From Terriglobia bacterium (GTDB lineage Bacteria; Acidobacteriota; Terriglobia; 20CM-2-55-15), in assembly GCA_963664115.2 (NCBI GenBank), contig CAXWPJ010000012.1, forward strand, positions 320,001-384,000: 64,000 nt of DNA. Reading direction: 5' to 3'. Below the pieces are notes generated by a model that was not told the DNA's origin, did not search any database, and saw only the letters and a list, made by a program, of their open reading frames with translations. A program made the position numbers and the translations under genes. Below, one piece after another: positions 10,099-19,907 of the stretch. The first letter of the stretch is position 1; the number at the start of each line of letters is the position of its first letter.

Positions 10099-11253
10099 TA
10101 GTGGTCCCCGTTAAACAGACTGTAACTTATCAAGATTTCGCCGGCCGCGCTGGACTTTAGCAAGGATGTCGGAAGCCGTTGCAGTCCAGATGAAGGGTTT
10201 CGGGTCTTCATTGTGACGAGCGAGGTAGTCCTCCACGGCCTGGATCAACTCGGGGACCGAGCGGAAAACGCCACGCCGGAGTCGTTGCTCGGACAGATCC
10301 CGGAAAAAGCGCTCGACCATGTTGAGCCACGACGCACTGGTTGGCGTGAAGTGCACATGAAAACGCTTGTTACGCTTGAGCCAGTTGACGACTTTCTGAT
10401 GTTTGTGAGTCGCATAGTTGTCGCAAATAATGTGGATCTCCTTATCTTTCGGCATGGCGCGTTTGATCTGATTCAGAAACCGGATCCATTCCTGATGGCG
10501 ATGCTTTGGCATGCAGGTTCCGATGACCGAACCGTCCAGGATGTTGAGCGCGGCGAAAAGCGTGGTTGTCCCGTTACGTTTGTAATCGTGGGTCATGGTG
10601 CCACACCGCCCCTTCTTCAGAGGTAACCCGGGTTGCGTGCGGTCCAGGGCCTGCATCTGGCTCTTCTCATCGCAGGACAAGACAATGGCGTTTTCCGGTG
10701 GGCTCAGATACAGACCGACCACATCCTCCAGCTTTTCGGCGAATCGTTTGTCGTTGGATAGTTTGAAGGTTCGTGACAGATGAGGCTTCAGTCCATGGAC
10801 CCGCCAGATTTTCCCGACCGTGGACTCGCTCACGCCAACGGCCTTCGCCATCGAGGCCCGACTCCAGTGCGTCGCGTTCGGGGGCTTCTCTTCCAGTGTC
10901 TTCTTGACGATCCGGGCTCGCTTCCGGCGACTGATCGTGGGAATCCGTCCGCTTCGCGGCGCATCCTTTTCGATCCCAGCCAAGCCCTGTTCCACAAAAC
11001 GATTGCGCCAGCGGCCCGCTTTCTGGCGCGTGATCTCCAAGCGGGCGGCGATCTCATAATTGTTCCGACCTTCAGCGGCCAGTAATACAATTCGGGATCG
11101 TTCCGCCAACCGGACCGATGTACTCCGGCTTCGACTCAGTCGCTCCAACTCCATCCGCTGCTTGTCATCCAATTCAATGGTCGGTGCTTTCCTCATTCTC
11201 TATTGGACGTTGGAAAGCTATTTTAGTTACATTACTTCGAGCGGGGTACACTA
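10099..11253 (-). mobile_element. IS630-family insertion sequence
   Basis: Ends TAGTGGTCCCCG / TAGTGTACCCCG within CTAG (TA duplication). Confidence 0.9.
10111..11196 (-). CDS. IS630 transposase
   Basis: HTH N-terminus, DEKSQ, HDYKRNGT, ICDNYATHK, HFTPTSASWLNMVE. Confidence 0.95.
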   Translation of the reverse strand: MRKAPTIELDDKQRMELERLSRSRSTSVRLAERSRIVLLAAEGRNNYEIAARLEITRQKAGRWRNRFVEQGLAGIEKDAPRSGRIPTISRRKRARIVKKTLEEKPPNATHWSRASMAKAVGVSESTVGKIWRVHGLKPHLSRTFKLSNDKRFAEKLEDVVGLYLSPPENAIVLSCDEKSQMQALDRTQPGLPLKKGRCGTMTHDYKRNGTTTLFAALNILDGSVIGTCMPKHRHQEWIRFLNQIKRAMPKDKEIHIICDNYATHKHQKVVNWLKRNKRFHVHFTPTSASWLNMVERFFRDLSEQRLRRGVFRSVPELIQAVEDYLARHNEDPKPFIWTATASDILAKVQRGRRNLDKLQSV

Positions 11254-11263
11254 GAACTGGTTG

Positions 11264-11292
11264 CCAGAAGTCGACTTCTGGGACGTTGAATT
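11264..11292 (+). repeat. 40-bp site, degenerate copy b
   Basis: CCAGAA-GTCGAC-TTCTGG-GACGT-TGAATT; inner arms remain complementary. Confidence 0.5.
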
Positions 11293-11466
11293 TGGATCGG
11301 TAAACGAAACGGCGTTTATCGAGGTTTAACTCTCGGAGGGCTGCGAGGCGGATAAGCGATACAAGCAGGGTCTGACGACTATGTCAGCGCGGACAGTGTC
11401 GCCGTATGGGTGTTGTGTCAAACCGCGCGCGGCCGCAGGCCGCCGCGCGAGTGTGCCGTCGTGATG

Positions 11467-12108
11467 TCAGTCCCCGGGTGGAAAGAAGATGCCAAAAGTA
11501 TCTGGGCCTCCGGACCGCAGGTCGATCATTAATTCGGTTCGCTCGACACCTGGAACCGTCTCCAATAGAGCAGCGAACTCTCCCGCCTGGATTTCACTCG
11601 CTTCGTCGTGGAACACGATGATCGACCGTGCGCCAACGAGGGTCCCGCTTGGCAGTCCGTACCCGCTTTCGTGGTAGTCCAGGGATCCGGCCCAGACAGT
11701 GGGCGTGTAACCCTGTAATTCCAGTAGTTCCTTGACACGTTGGAGAAGGGAGCTGTCTGAACGATCACCCGTGAGTAGCTGTATCGACAATCGTGCATTG
11801 GCCTGATTTATGACACCTTCCCCCGCCCGGGTTCGTTGTTCTGACTGCGCCTGTGCTGTACCCGCTGTTTCGCCTGACCTCAGTTCTGCCCTATCTTCCG
11901 ATTGGTCTGAGTCGGAAACCACGAACGTCGATGGAAATCCTGAATAGAAGAAGGAAAAGGCTACCAGCGTCAAACCGGTCAAACCCACACCGAGCCTTGC
12001 GATCGTAGTGCCCGTACCCACCTCTACCCCCTTGACCTTCACTCGACCCACTAGTCCCACCAGAAATAACGCTATGCCAAACGTGAGAAGGGCCCATTCA
12101 ATGCTCAT
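11467..12108 (-). CDS. Hypothetical membrane protein (two TM helices, possible LytR_C-like C-terminus)
   Basis: 213-aa ORF with hydrophobic N-terminal segments. Confidence 0.65.
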   Translation of the reverse strand: MSIEWALLTFGIALFLVGLVGRVKVKGVEVGTGTTIARLGVGLTGLTLVAFSFFYSGFPSTFVVSDSDQSEDRAELRSGETAGTAQAQSEQRTRAGEGVINQANARLSIQLLTGDRSDSSLLQRVKELLELQGYTPTVWAGSLDYHESGYGLPSGTLVGARSIIVFHDEASEIQAGEFAALLETVPGVERTELMIDLRSGGPDTFGIFFPPGD

Positions 12109-12281
12109 ATCGATCTTGCCTCCCGAAGTCCTCGCTCGCCGGCAGCCAGACTACGGCAACGATGACAACGACGATTGATTGCAACCGCACGACCGGGTTC
12201 GGTGTCCTTCAGAATCCCCACTTCGCCCGAGCCGCCTTTTCGGATTCCCGCTCGCTCGGCGCCGGGGCTGGGTGCCACGGG

Positions 12282-12351
12282 TGTACGTCGTCAAAGTAAT
12301 TCGCCCAGAATTGCGGATCTGCCAAGAGACGGTTTTTACGTTATACCACTC
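12282..12351 (-). mobile_element. Isolated end of the IS3-like element (related to 16235-16304)
   Basis: TGTACGTCGTCA...AAGAGACGGTTTT...GTTATACCACTC matches the end at 16235. Confidence 0.75.
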
Positions 12352-12411
12352 GAGTTCGACATAGTCCTGAACTGGTTTGAAGAACTGAAGGAACGGGTGC
12401 CGGTGCTCTAA
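12349..12411 (+). pseudogene. Ser/Thr kinase-family C-terminal tail
   Basis: LEFDIVLNWFEELKERVPVL*. Confidence 0.75.
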
Positions 12412-12544
12412 ACGACCATGAAAATGATTCTCAAGTCCTGTATCTGGACTCCTCTGTCAAGTAGGCGCAGCTCTCCCGTCAGCTTTCTTCGGCAAAATGC
12501 ATTCAGCAGGACTGACTAGAAGTTACGAGGTGAGTAGCTAGTCG

Positions 12545-12680
12545 ACTGCACCCGTATCTTCGGCCTCAAAAGTGGAACTGTATTGTTCCAGGCCATGATG
12601 GAAATTTGCGCGCGGGGAGCCAACCGATAAAATAACGGCCTCTAAGGGCCAAAGGACTTGTCGGCGTTGCCCCGCGCCGG
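12545..12680 (-). ncRNA. Predicted bridge/seek RNA of IS1111-A (boundaries approximate)
   Basis: Two stem-closed loops, each with an inner hairpin; guide segments match the target (CAAGTCCT, GATAAA) and the donor junction (CCATCAT, TATCT). Confidence 0.75.
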
Positions 12681-12748
12681 TCTGACCGGTACGCCATCAT
12701 CTCGAACCTCATCGCAGCTCGCTGAAAAGATATTCCGACTGTTCCGGG

Positions 12749-13783
12749 TCAGGCCGCCTGATACCGGGCCTGATGGTCACAGTCACGGTTCCAAACCGCC
12801 CACACGCGACGCGCCAACTTGTTGGCCAGTGCAACGATTGCCTTGTTGTGTCCGCGGAACTCGTGTTTCTGGAGACCCCATTGCTGGAGAGGTGTCGGTG
12901 TGGCGCCCTCTCGATGGGCACTCCACAACAGGGAACGGCCCCCATGAACCAACAGCATCCGGAGGTAACGATCGCCTTGCTTACTGATCCGGCCCATGCG
13001 TCGCTGGTTGCCACTGGAATGTTCCCGGGGTGTGAGTCCCAGATAACTGGCAAAATGGCGGGACGTTCGGAATCGTTTGATGTTTCCAACAAACCCCACC
13101 ATTGCCGTTGCCGTTAACAGGCCGATGCCGGGAATCGACGTCAGACGCGCGACCTCAGGCATCTGCCGAGCCAGCGTCTTCAACTCTTGTTCCACCGATC
13201 GCATGCGAGATTCCAATTCACGGATCTCGCCACACACCTGGTGAAACATCTCCCGAACGACACTGGGGATGACGACATCTGCATCTTCGATCAGCTCCAT
13301 TACCCCCGGCACCAGATGATCCGCTCCGGTCGGGATCACGTAGCCAAACTCCCGTAACAACCCCCGCACCGTATTGATCCGTGCGGTTCGGGTTCGCATC
13401 CACGCCGAACGGATTCGATGCAATGAGGTCAGTTGCTGTTGGGCCAGGGTTTTGACCGGCACTGGATGAATATCGCTGTCACGATAGGCTTCCAACAATC
13501 CTTTCACATCCGTACGGTCGGTCTTGTTGCGCCTGACGTAGGGCGTCACATACTGCGGCGAGATCAGAACGACCGTGTGTCCCAGTTCCCGGATCTTCCG
13601 ACCCCAGTAATGGGCGGATCCGCAGGCTTCCATCACCACGGTCGCCAGCTCCTGGTTCGCAAAGAACCCCAGAAACTTTGCCCGACTTAAACGATAGGTT
13701 TTCTCTACATGCCCGGGGCGATCTGAAACACCAATTTGAAAAACATTCTTTGCCAGATCCACTGCTATCGTTCTATTCTTCAT
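12749..13783 (-). CDS. IS110 DEDD recombinase/transposase A
   Basis: IAVDLAK, VMEACG, KTDRTD, SIPGIG, PREHSSG; AGGAG RBS before ATG 13783. Confidence 0.95.
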   Translation of the reverse strand: MKNRTIAVDLAKNVFQIGVSDRPGHVEKTYRLSRAKFLGFFANQELATVVMEACGSAHYWGRKIRELGHTVVLISPQYVTPYVRRNKTDRTDVKGLLEAYRDSDIHPVPVKTLAQQQLTSLHRIRSAWMRTRTARINTVRGLLREFGYVIPTGADHLVPGVMELIEDADVVIPSVVREMFHQVCGEIRELESRMRSVEQELKTLARQMPEVARLTSIPGIGLLTATAMVGFVGNIKRFRTSRHFASYLGLTPREHSSGNQRRMGRISKQGDRYLRMLLVHGGRSLLWSAHREGATPTPLQQWGLQKHEFRGHNKAIVALANKLARRVWAVWNRDCDHQARYQAA

Positions 13784-14145
13784 CTCGGACTCCTTTTTGT
13801 TCACACGTACACGTGTTTCGCCCGCTTTATTGCGAGGCTCAAAATGACTTTGGCACTTCGATGCCGACTCAGTCATCAAAGAGGAGTCCATACCATCAAT
13901 AAATCATCTTCTCGGACGTTGAGAATTGTGCGGCAGGTTTTGCCCCTCACAGGGAAATTTCAGTCCTCTGTGGGCGGGCGCGGTGCCAAAGCCTACGCTG
14001 ATGCACGATGCCTTGCGGGACGAGGACTGCCAGTCTGCCCGACTGGCCGAACACCTCCTATCGTTCGTTTAAATCCCAGTTTCGCCTTTGCCTCTCGGGC
14101 GAATCGAGTAGAATTATCCGTATACCGAAAACCACGAGGGGAGTC

Positions 14146-15156
14146 ATGCGTCAGCCCAGCAAATACTACCGCGCAGCGACCTTAACGTGTTTGCTGCTGT
14201 GTCCCATCACCGCCACTGCTCACCATCACAGAATCAACTTCCTCGACACGACTATCGCCTTTTACGGTGAGATCACTCGCGTCGATTGGCAAAACCCACA
14301 TGTGTATTTCTACGTCGATGCCGAGGACAATAGCGGTCGCACCGTCACGTGGCAAATCGAGAGCGGATCAACACCCAGCTTGACGCGACGTGGATTCAGC
14401 CGGGACTCGCTTAAGGTCGGGGATATGGTCACCGTCCGCGGTAACCCGGACCGCAACCCGGAACGCAAGCGCCTTGTCGCGTCGACGTTCACCAACAGAG
14501 ACGGCACTAATTACGTACTGCAGGGCCGCGCGCCGAACCGCTCGGAGACTCCCCAGGCAATCACGACGAGCATCGCCGGAGTCTGGCAGTCTATTGGCGG
14601 TCCATACGATCGCACGAGGGCCGCAACCCACTTGCCGCTGACCGAGGCAGGCGAGGCAGCGGCTGCAAGATTCAACGTCAACAATGACCCGTTCGCGGAC
14701 TGCGTACCGCCGCCCGTGCCAGACAGCTTGAGCACACCGTATTTGCACGAGGTCATCATCGGTGACGGCACGATCACACTTCGTGAGGAATACTGGGAGA
14801 TCGATCGCACGGTCTATATGGATGGCCGCAGCCATCCGGAAGAGGGTCGACGGACGAATCAAGGACACTCGATCGGACGTTTTGACGGCGAAGTGCTCGT
14901 GGTCGATACCGTCTTATTCGATGACCACGCATTCGGGAATGGGAGTGGCATACCGAATGGTGCCCGAAAGCATATGGTCGAGCGTTATTCGCTGACTGAC
15001 AATGGCACGATGCTTACGATCGACTATGTATTGGAAGATCCCGAGTATCTGGCTGAGGCGGTCACCGACACCCGTCAGTGGCGTTACGCACCGGAACTCG
15101 AGCTGTTGCCGAACCAATGCGACCTGGAGAACGCACGCCGCTACGTGGAAGACTAG
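14146..15156 (+). CDS. Secreted DUF6152-like domain fused to a partner-type domain
   Basis: ATA-HHH after signal peptide, WQNPH, GDMVTVRG; C-half DPFADCVPP, RTVYMDGR, GHSIGRFDGEVLVVDT, DPEYL. Confidence 0.85.
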   Translation: MRQPSKYYRAATLTCLLLCPITATAHHHRINFLDTTIAFYGEITRVDWQNPHVYFYVDAEDNSGRTVTWQIESGSTPSLTRRGFSRDSLKVGDMVTVRGNPDRNPERKRLVASTFTNRDGTNYVLQGRAPNRSETPQAITTSIAGVWQSIGGPYDRTRAATHLPLTEAGEAAAARFNVNNDPFADCVPPPVPDSLSTPYLHEVIIGDGTITLREEYWEIDRTVYMDGRSHPEEGRRTNQGHSIGRFDGEVLVVDTVLFDDHAFGNGSGIPNGARKHMVERYSLTDNGTMLTIDYVLEDPEYLAEAVTDTRQWRYAPELELLPNQCDLENARRYVED

Positions 15157-15289
15157 ATCGCGGCAGTAGGAGTCTTCCCCGCGGCGGAACCGGCATATCG
15201 CGTTTTAACGGACGGCGGTATCGAGCCGATGTGGCCACTCAAGCTTTTCTACCGAGGCAAGTTTCTAACCTCAACAGCCCTGAAAATGA

Positions 15290-15329
15290 TTCTCAAGTCC
15301 TGAGAAATCATCTTCTCGGACCTTGAGAA
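15290..15329 (+). repeat. 40-bp site, intact copy d
   Basis: TTCTCA-AGTCC-TGAGAA-ATCATC-TTCTCG-GACCT-TGAGAA. Confidence 0.92.
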
Positions 15330-15359
15330 TTGGCCGTGATACTCGGGCTCACAACTTCC

Positions 15360-15389
15360 TTGCTTATAAACCCCACCGGTAGTTAGATT
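15360..15389 (+). promoter_or_regulatory. Putative promoter in the kinase leader (also 8424-8453 on + and 21918-21947 on -)
   Basis: TTGCTT-N18-TAGATT; TCGCCA-N18-TAGACT; TTGCTT-N18-TAGACT at the same offset after three copies of the site. Confidence 0.55.
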
Positions 15390-15430
15390 TATCCAACTTT
15401 TTCACGTTTCGTTTCGGCACACACTAATTT

Positions 15431-16234
15431 ATGGAATCCGGCACCAAACTCCTCCATTACGAGATCTCAACGCTCTTAGGTAAGGGCGGGATGGGAGAAG
15501 TGTGGCGTGCCAAAGACACCAAACTCGGACGTGAAGTCGCCATCAAGACGCTTCCCGAAGAGTTCGCCAGAGACGCAGATCGGTTGGCCCGCTTTGAACG
15601 TAAAGCGAAACTTCTTGCCTCTCTGAATCACCCCAACATCGCAGCCATTCACGGATTTGAAGAAGACAACGGGACGCACTTCCTTGTTTTGGAACTCGTC
15701 GAGGGGGACACCTTAGCCGACCGGGTGAAACGGGGTGCCGTTCCTGTTGAAGAATCACTCAAATTGGCTCTACAGATTGCCGAAGCGTTAGAGGCTGCGC
15801 ACGAGAAGGGTGTGATCCACAGGGATCTGAAACCGGCGAACATCAAGGTCACGCCCGATGACAAGGTTAAGGTGTTGGACTTCGGGTTGGCAAAAGCGTT
15901 TGAGGGAGAGGCTGTAGACGCAAACCTCTCGCAGTCCCCCACGCTGAGCATGGCAGCCACGCAGCAAGGAATCATTCTCGGGACAGCAGCCTATATGAGT
16001 CCCGAGCAGGCGAGTGGATCACCTACGGATAAGCGCGCAGATATTTGGTCCTTTGGCGTTGTGCTGTTTGAAATGCTTACCGGACGGCAGATGTTCACGG
16101 GCAAGACTGTGTCCCACATTCTCGCTGATGTCCTGCGTGCTGAGCCTGAGTGGAGCAGTTTACCGGCCAACCTACATCCGAGGCTTCGGATGCTGCTGGA
16201 ACGCTGCTTGGAGAAAGAAGCAAAAGACCGCTGC
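15431..16234 (+). pseudogene. Hanks-type Ser/Thr protein kinase, truncated by the IS3-like element
   Basis: GKGGMGEV, VAIK, HRDLKPAN, DFG, GTAAYMSPEQ; the frame runs into the IS end at 16235. Confidence 0.9.
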
Positions 16235-16293
16235 TGTACGTCGTCAGAATAATTCGGACAAAAAGACCATTTAGCTAAGAGACGGTTTTGAAG

Positions 16294-17277
16294 TTATACC
16301 ACTCCAATCCTAAGGTTCTCGATTTTGCGTCGAGCCAGCGTTTTTCTTTTGATCTGGTCACGACGTGCAAGGATCTGCTGATCCCTCCCGAAGAACACGT
16401 CAGCCGGTGTCACGTTGTTCAGAGATTCGTGATACCGATGGTGGTTGTAGTGTTCGACCCATTGCGCGATCGCCTGCTCAAGTTCCCACGGATAATAGTA
16501 GTGTTCCAACTTGACCACGTTCTTCATCGAACGGTGATAGCGTTCGATCTTGCCCTGTGTCATCGGGTGATAGGGCGCACCCCGGGTGTGTTCCATACCA
16601 CGACGTTGTAAATAGTCTTTGAGTTCGTGCGATACGTAGCAGGGGCCGTTGTCGCTCAACAATCGCGGTCGGTGCCGGACTTGTACTTGTCCGACATCTG
16701 TCGCCTGTAGTGCAACGTCCAGCGTGTCCTGAACGTCAGATGCGGCCATGGTTTGAAAGAGCTTCCAGGCGATGATGTAGCGAGAGTAATCGTCCAGCAC
16801 GGTCGACAGGTAGTACCAACCCCAACCGACGACCCTGAAGTAAGTGAAATCAGTTTGCCAGAGTTCGTTCACACGCCGGGTTGGCTGCTGGAAGTGATCG
16901 CTGGCCGTCATCACGATGTATGCGGGACTGGTGATCAGGTCGCATCTCTTCAGAATCCGATACACGCTGGATTCGGAGATGAAGTAGTCCTGGGTGTCGG
17001 TGATCTGCCAGGCCAGTTCCCGCGGTGAGGCTTCCGGGTGGTTCAACGCGGTTTCGACCACCTGTTCCCGCACCGGTCCCGGAATCCGGTTCCAGCAGAA
17101 GCCGGGGCCGGAATGCCGATCTAACAAGCCGGCTGCGCCACGCTCTTTGTATCGTCGATACCAACCGTAGAACGTGCTGCGGGGGACGCCCAGCTCCCGG
17201 AGGGTCGCTGTCACCGACAACTCCGAGTCTTCCACCACTCGGATCGTCTCCAGCTTCTCAGATCCCGATTGCCTCAT
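16294..17277 (-). CDS. Transposase OrfB (rve integrase core)
   Basis: WQTDFT, LDDYSR, LSDNGPCY, PYHPMTQGKIER. Confidence 0.92.
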   Translation of the reverse strand: MRQSGSEKLETIRVVEDSELSVTATLRELGVPRSTFYGWYRRYKERGAAGLLDRHSGPGFCWNRIPGPVREQVVETALNHPEASPRELAWQITDTQDYFISESSVYRILKRCDLITSPAYIVMTASDHFQQPTRRVNELWQTDFTYFRVVGWGWYYLSTVLDDYSRYIIAWKLFQTMAASDVQDTLDVALQATDVGQVQVRHRPRLLSDNGPCYVSHELKDYLQRRGMEHTRGAPYHPMTQGKIERYHRSMKNVVKLEHYYYPWELEQAIAQWVEHYNHHRYHESLNNVTPADVFFGRDQQILARRDQIKRKTLARRKIENLRIGVV

Positions 17278-17615
17278 ATATCGATGCTCTCGGAGTCCGT
17301 TACGTTCAACGTTTTTTTCAGAAAACGATTCTTTAGCAGTATTTCGGCTACGACCTGCTTCAGCTGTTCGTTCTCCTGGCGTAATTCAGTGACTTCGCTC
17401 GATGTCGCTTCCCGCTTCGTGTCCCCAGCCAGCCGTTTCTTCCCCGCCTCCAGGAAGTCCTTGCTCCACCGGTAATACAAATTCGATGGAATCCCTTCGC
17501 GTCGGCACAGCGCTGCGATGCTCTCTTCGCCTCGCAGTCCTTCCAACACAATCTCGCACTTTCTCTTCCGACGAATCTCCCGTACCCGATTCTCTGCCGA
17601 CACTTTCTCACTCAT
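17274..17615 (-). CDS. Transposase OrfA (HTH), possibly with a short deletion
   Basis: IVLEGLRGEESIAALCRREGI...YYRWSKDFLEAGKKRL. Confidence 0.85.
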   Translation of the reverse strand: MSEKVSAENRVREIRRKRKCEIVLEGLRGEESIAALCRREGIPSNLYYRWSKDFLEAGKKRLAGDTKREATSSEVTELRQENEQLKQVVAEILLKNRFLKKTLNVTDSESIDI

Positions 17616-17775
17616 TCGATCCTCCTTCAGATCGTTCTGATTAGAAAAGTGTCTCTTAGTTTTTTAGGGTATTTCGTACGAAATGCTCTGACGGGCTACA
17701 ACTACGTGTTGTCAGAGCCGTTGAAGTGCCCGCGATGTATGGCGGTGGTTATTGAGAAGTCCTTTGGCCCATCGC

Positions 17776-18350
17776 TTACTTAAAATTGGCATCCGACAAC
17801 TTTTTATGAAGCTTGTCTTCTAGATCTTCAAAATTCCCATCTTTATCTTGATCTGGCACTTCCTTCTCGAACCATTGTTCTTCAACGTCAAGGTCAAAGT
17901 CTGGAAATCGGCCCCCAGTCTGGTTTCGGCTTGTCATCAGGGTCAGTGTCCCACCGTCCGAGCAATCGCACCGCCCAATACATTTTCGCTGCTGTGTACC
18001 AATCAACTCCATCACACCGCATAGCGTGATAGAACATCTTGTCCACATTCTTCCTTTCAATGTTTCTTGGTTCACGATCTGGCAGCGGGTAGTAGCAATC
18101 GTGAATGACGGCAGCACGACGGAAGTCACCAACGTAAGGCGAGCCATAACGCCTTCCCCAAAGAAACTCTGGGATATTTGCACCGCTGATTTCATCGCCC
18201 TCTTCTGCAAGCCGTGTATGGGGTCTTGTCTGGGTCCGTGTAAGTAAAGTCACAGTGGAGTCTCATATGTTTGTCTTTTCCGTTGTCGTCCCTTAGCCAC
18301 CGAGTGATCGGTACTTCGTCTCCTTCTTGGAACTCTCCATGATTACCCAT
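17776..18350 (-). pseudogene. DUF1353-like protein, frameshifted
   Basis: MRLHCDFTYTDP in one frame; GANIPEFLW-G-SPYVG-FRRAAVIHD, VDKMFYHAM in another; shift near 18210. Confidence 0.65.
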
Positions 18351-18419
18351 GTCCTTATCTCCAAAGTGAGGATGGCGTGGTGGTAGGCACGAAGATCGAT
18401 GCTTAAAGAGAACATTCGC

Positions 18420-19223
18420 ATGCCCGTGCATCGTTTGATTATCGGCGGCACAATCGCTTTGATCTTCGGTGCTGGCATAGTCCGGGCTCAGGATTCGCAC
18501 CCAGACTTCACGGGAATCTGGAGTGGTAGCTTCACGACGCAGGACAACGACTTCTGGGGAGCAGAGGACTTCACGGCGTGCTTCGCGGGCTGCACGCCTG
18601 CGTCTCGCGAGCATCTGTTGGCCCTGTTCGACGACCCAGCTAATGACGATCAATCTGTTAGGGAACTTTGGGATCAAACTGTCGCGTTTATGCGTCAAGA
18701 GCTGGCTGCAAAAGCCACACCGGAAGGATTGGCTCTGCAAAACGCCAACACGACGGCCAACGATCCGACAATTCTATGCAAGCCGTATGGGATCGTGCGC
18801 CAAGCAGCCAGTCCGTTACCGATGGCGGTTCGTCGCGACGGCGAAAATCTTGTCCTTGATTATGAGGAATGGAATCTAAGCCGCACAGTTTACATGGATG
18901 ACAGGAGCGAACCAGCCGACTTAACGTCTACACCGCTTGGTCATTCGGTTGGTTCCTACGAAGGTAACGTTCTCGTAATCAGTTCCTCTGGCATAGAAGG
19001 AGATATCTATTACTCATTTCAAAGCGGTGGTGGCTATAGTGATCAGGTATCAGTGGACGAGCGATATACAATTCACGACAATCCGAGACGCTTAGTGCTT
19101 GAGATGACTGTGACGGATCCCGTGACGCTCACCGAACCACACCTCACCGAGAAAATATGGCTGTGGACCCCCGATGTCGAAATGATCGAGGACAGCTGCG
19201 GTGACATTCCCGGACAACCCTGA
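18420..19223 (+). CDS. Secreted uncharacterised protein (DUF6152-partner type)
   Basis: Signal peptide; PDFTGIW, DPTILCKPYG, RTVYMD, GHSVGSYEGNVLV, DPVTLTEP. Confidence 0.85.
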   Translation: MPVHRLIIGGTIALIFGAGIVRAQDSHPDFTGIWSGSFTTQDNDFWGAEDFTACFAGCTPASREHLLALFDDPANDDQSVRELWDQTVAFMRQELAAKATPEGLALQNANTTANDPTILCKPYGIVRQAASPLPMAVRRDGENLVLDYEEWNLSRTVYMDDRSEPADLTSTPLGHSVGSYEGNVLVISSSGIEGDIYYSFQSGGGYSDQVSVDERYTIHDNPRRLVLEMTVTDPVTLTEPHLTEKIWLWTPDVEMIEDSCGDIPGQP

Positions 19224-19248
19224 GCAATGTATGTTGAGGAGATGGCTA

Positions 19249-19671
19249 ATGAAATCGATAGTCCTCAGGTCGTTTGTTAGTGCCGTACTACTGTTCTCTT
19301 CGCAGGCGAGTGCGCATCATGCCGCGGCCGTGCTGTATCACCTCGACCAGCAGGTCACCATCGAAGGTGTCGTCACGGAGTTTAGGCTTGGCAATCCCCA
19401 TGCGCGTATCTATATGACTGTCAGGAATGCGAACGGTGAGGAAAACCAATGGATGGCTGAAGGCGGTTCACGCACTGTTCTGACCAGGAACGGTTGGACT
19501 GGCGACGAGCTGCATGTGGGTGACGCCGTCACGATTATCGGTAACCCGTCGCGCAACGGTTCGAGAGTCATCCACTGGGAGAAAGTGGTATTGCCCGACG
19601 GCACCGAACGTTGGGGCGAGGATGTCCCGGAGGATTCCGTTCTCGAAGAGCTGCGCCAGCGACGCCGTTGA
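19249..19671 (+). CDS. DUF6152-like secreted protein
   Basis: ASA-HH, GVVTEF, NPH, W-AEGG, GW, GDAVTIIG. Confidence 0.85.
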   Translation: MKSIVLRSFVSAVLLFSSQASAHHAAAVLYHLDQQVTIEGVVTEFRLGNPHARIYMTVRNANGEENQWMAEGGSRTVLTRNGWTGDELHVGDAVTIIGNPSRNGSRVIHWEKVVLPDGTERWGEDVPEDSVLEELRQRRR

Positions 19672-19824
19672 GCACGAGCCGCGTTTGGCGTTGACGCGAG
19701 GAGCAACAGCACGCCGCGAACGCTTTTGCGAGGGAGCATGGTCCCCGCCCCTTCTAGCATGCCTGTTTGACCTTGGATCGCCGGGCCCAGTCTAAAAAAC
19801 ACCTGAATAAGGTGGGCGCTGAAA

Positions 19825-19864
19825 TTCTCAACGTCCGAGAAGATGATTTCTCAGGACTTGAGAA
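19825..19864 (-). repeat. 40-bp site, intact copy e (inverted)
   Basis: Reverse complement = TTCTCA-AGTCC-TGAGAA-ATCATC-TTCTCG-GACGT-TGAGAA. Confidence 0.92.
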
Positions 19865-19907
19865 CCTATCGATCAACCGACTGAAAGAAGTAGGGCTTCT
19901 TCGCCGC

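Larger units (their letters stand above)
12441..13898 (-). mobile_element. IS110-family, IS1111-type element A
   Basis: Sub-terminal IRs CTGGACTCCTCT (12444-12455) and AGAGGAGTCCAT (13880-13891), 3 and 7 bp from the ends; no TSD; long non-coding end downstream of the transposase. Confidence 0.92.
12428..13925 (+). repeat. 40-bp site, copy c, split by IS1111-A (halves 12428-12440 and 13899-13925)
   Basis: Removing 12441-13898 restores TTCTCA-AGTCC-TGATAA-ATCATC-TTCTCG-GACGT-TGAGAA. Confidence 0.9.
16235..17700 (-). mobile_element. IS3-like (DDE, two-ORF) insertion sequence
   Basis: TGT...ACA ends with imperfect IRs (TGTACGTCGTCAGAATAATTCG / TGTAGCCCGTCAGAGCATTTCG); orfA/orfB with an A7 run at 17312-17318; no TSD. 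Confidence 0.88.

Noticed and set aside
11196-11220. TTGGACGTTGGAA resembling the right arm of the site
   Set aside because: Lies inside the IS630 end and lacks the remaining structure; likely chance.
15290-15329. 40-bp site as canonical integron attC or chromosomal dif
   Set aside because: It is shorter than typical attC and lacks paired RYYYAAC/GTTRRRY ends; it has no TTATGTTAAAT-like XerD arm; no intI is in the window. Kept only as an analogy.
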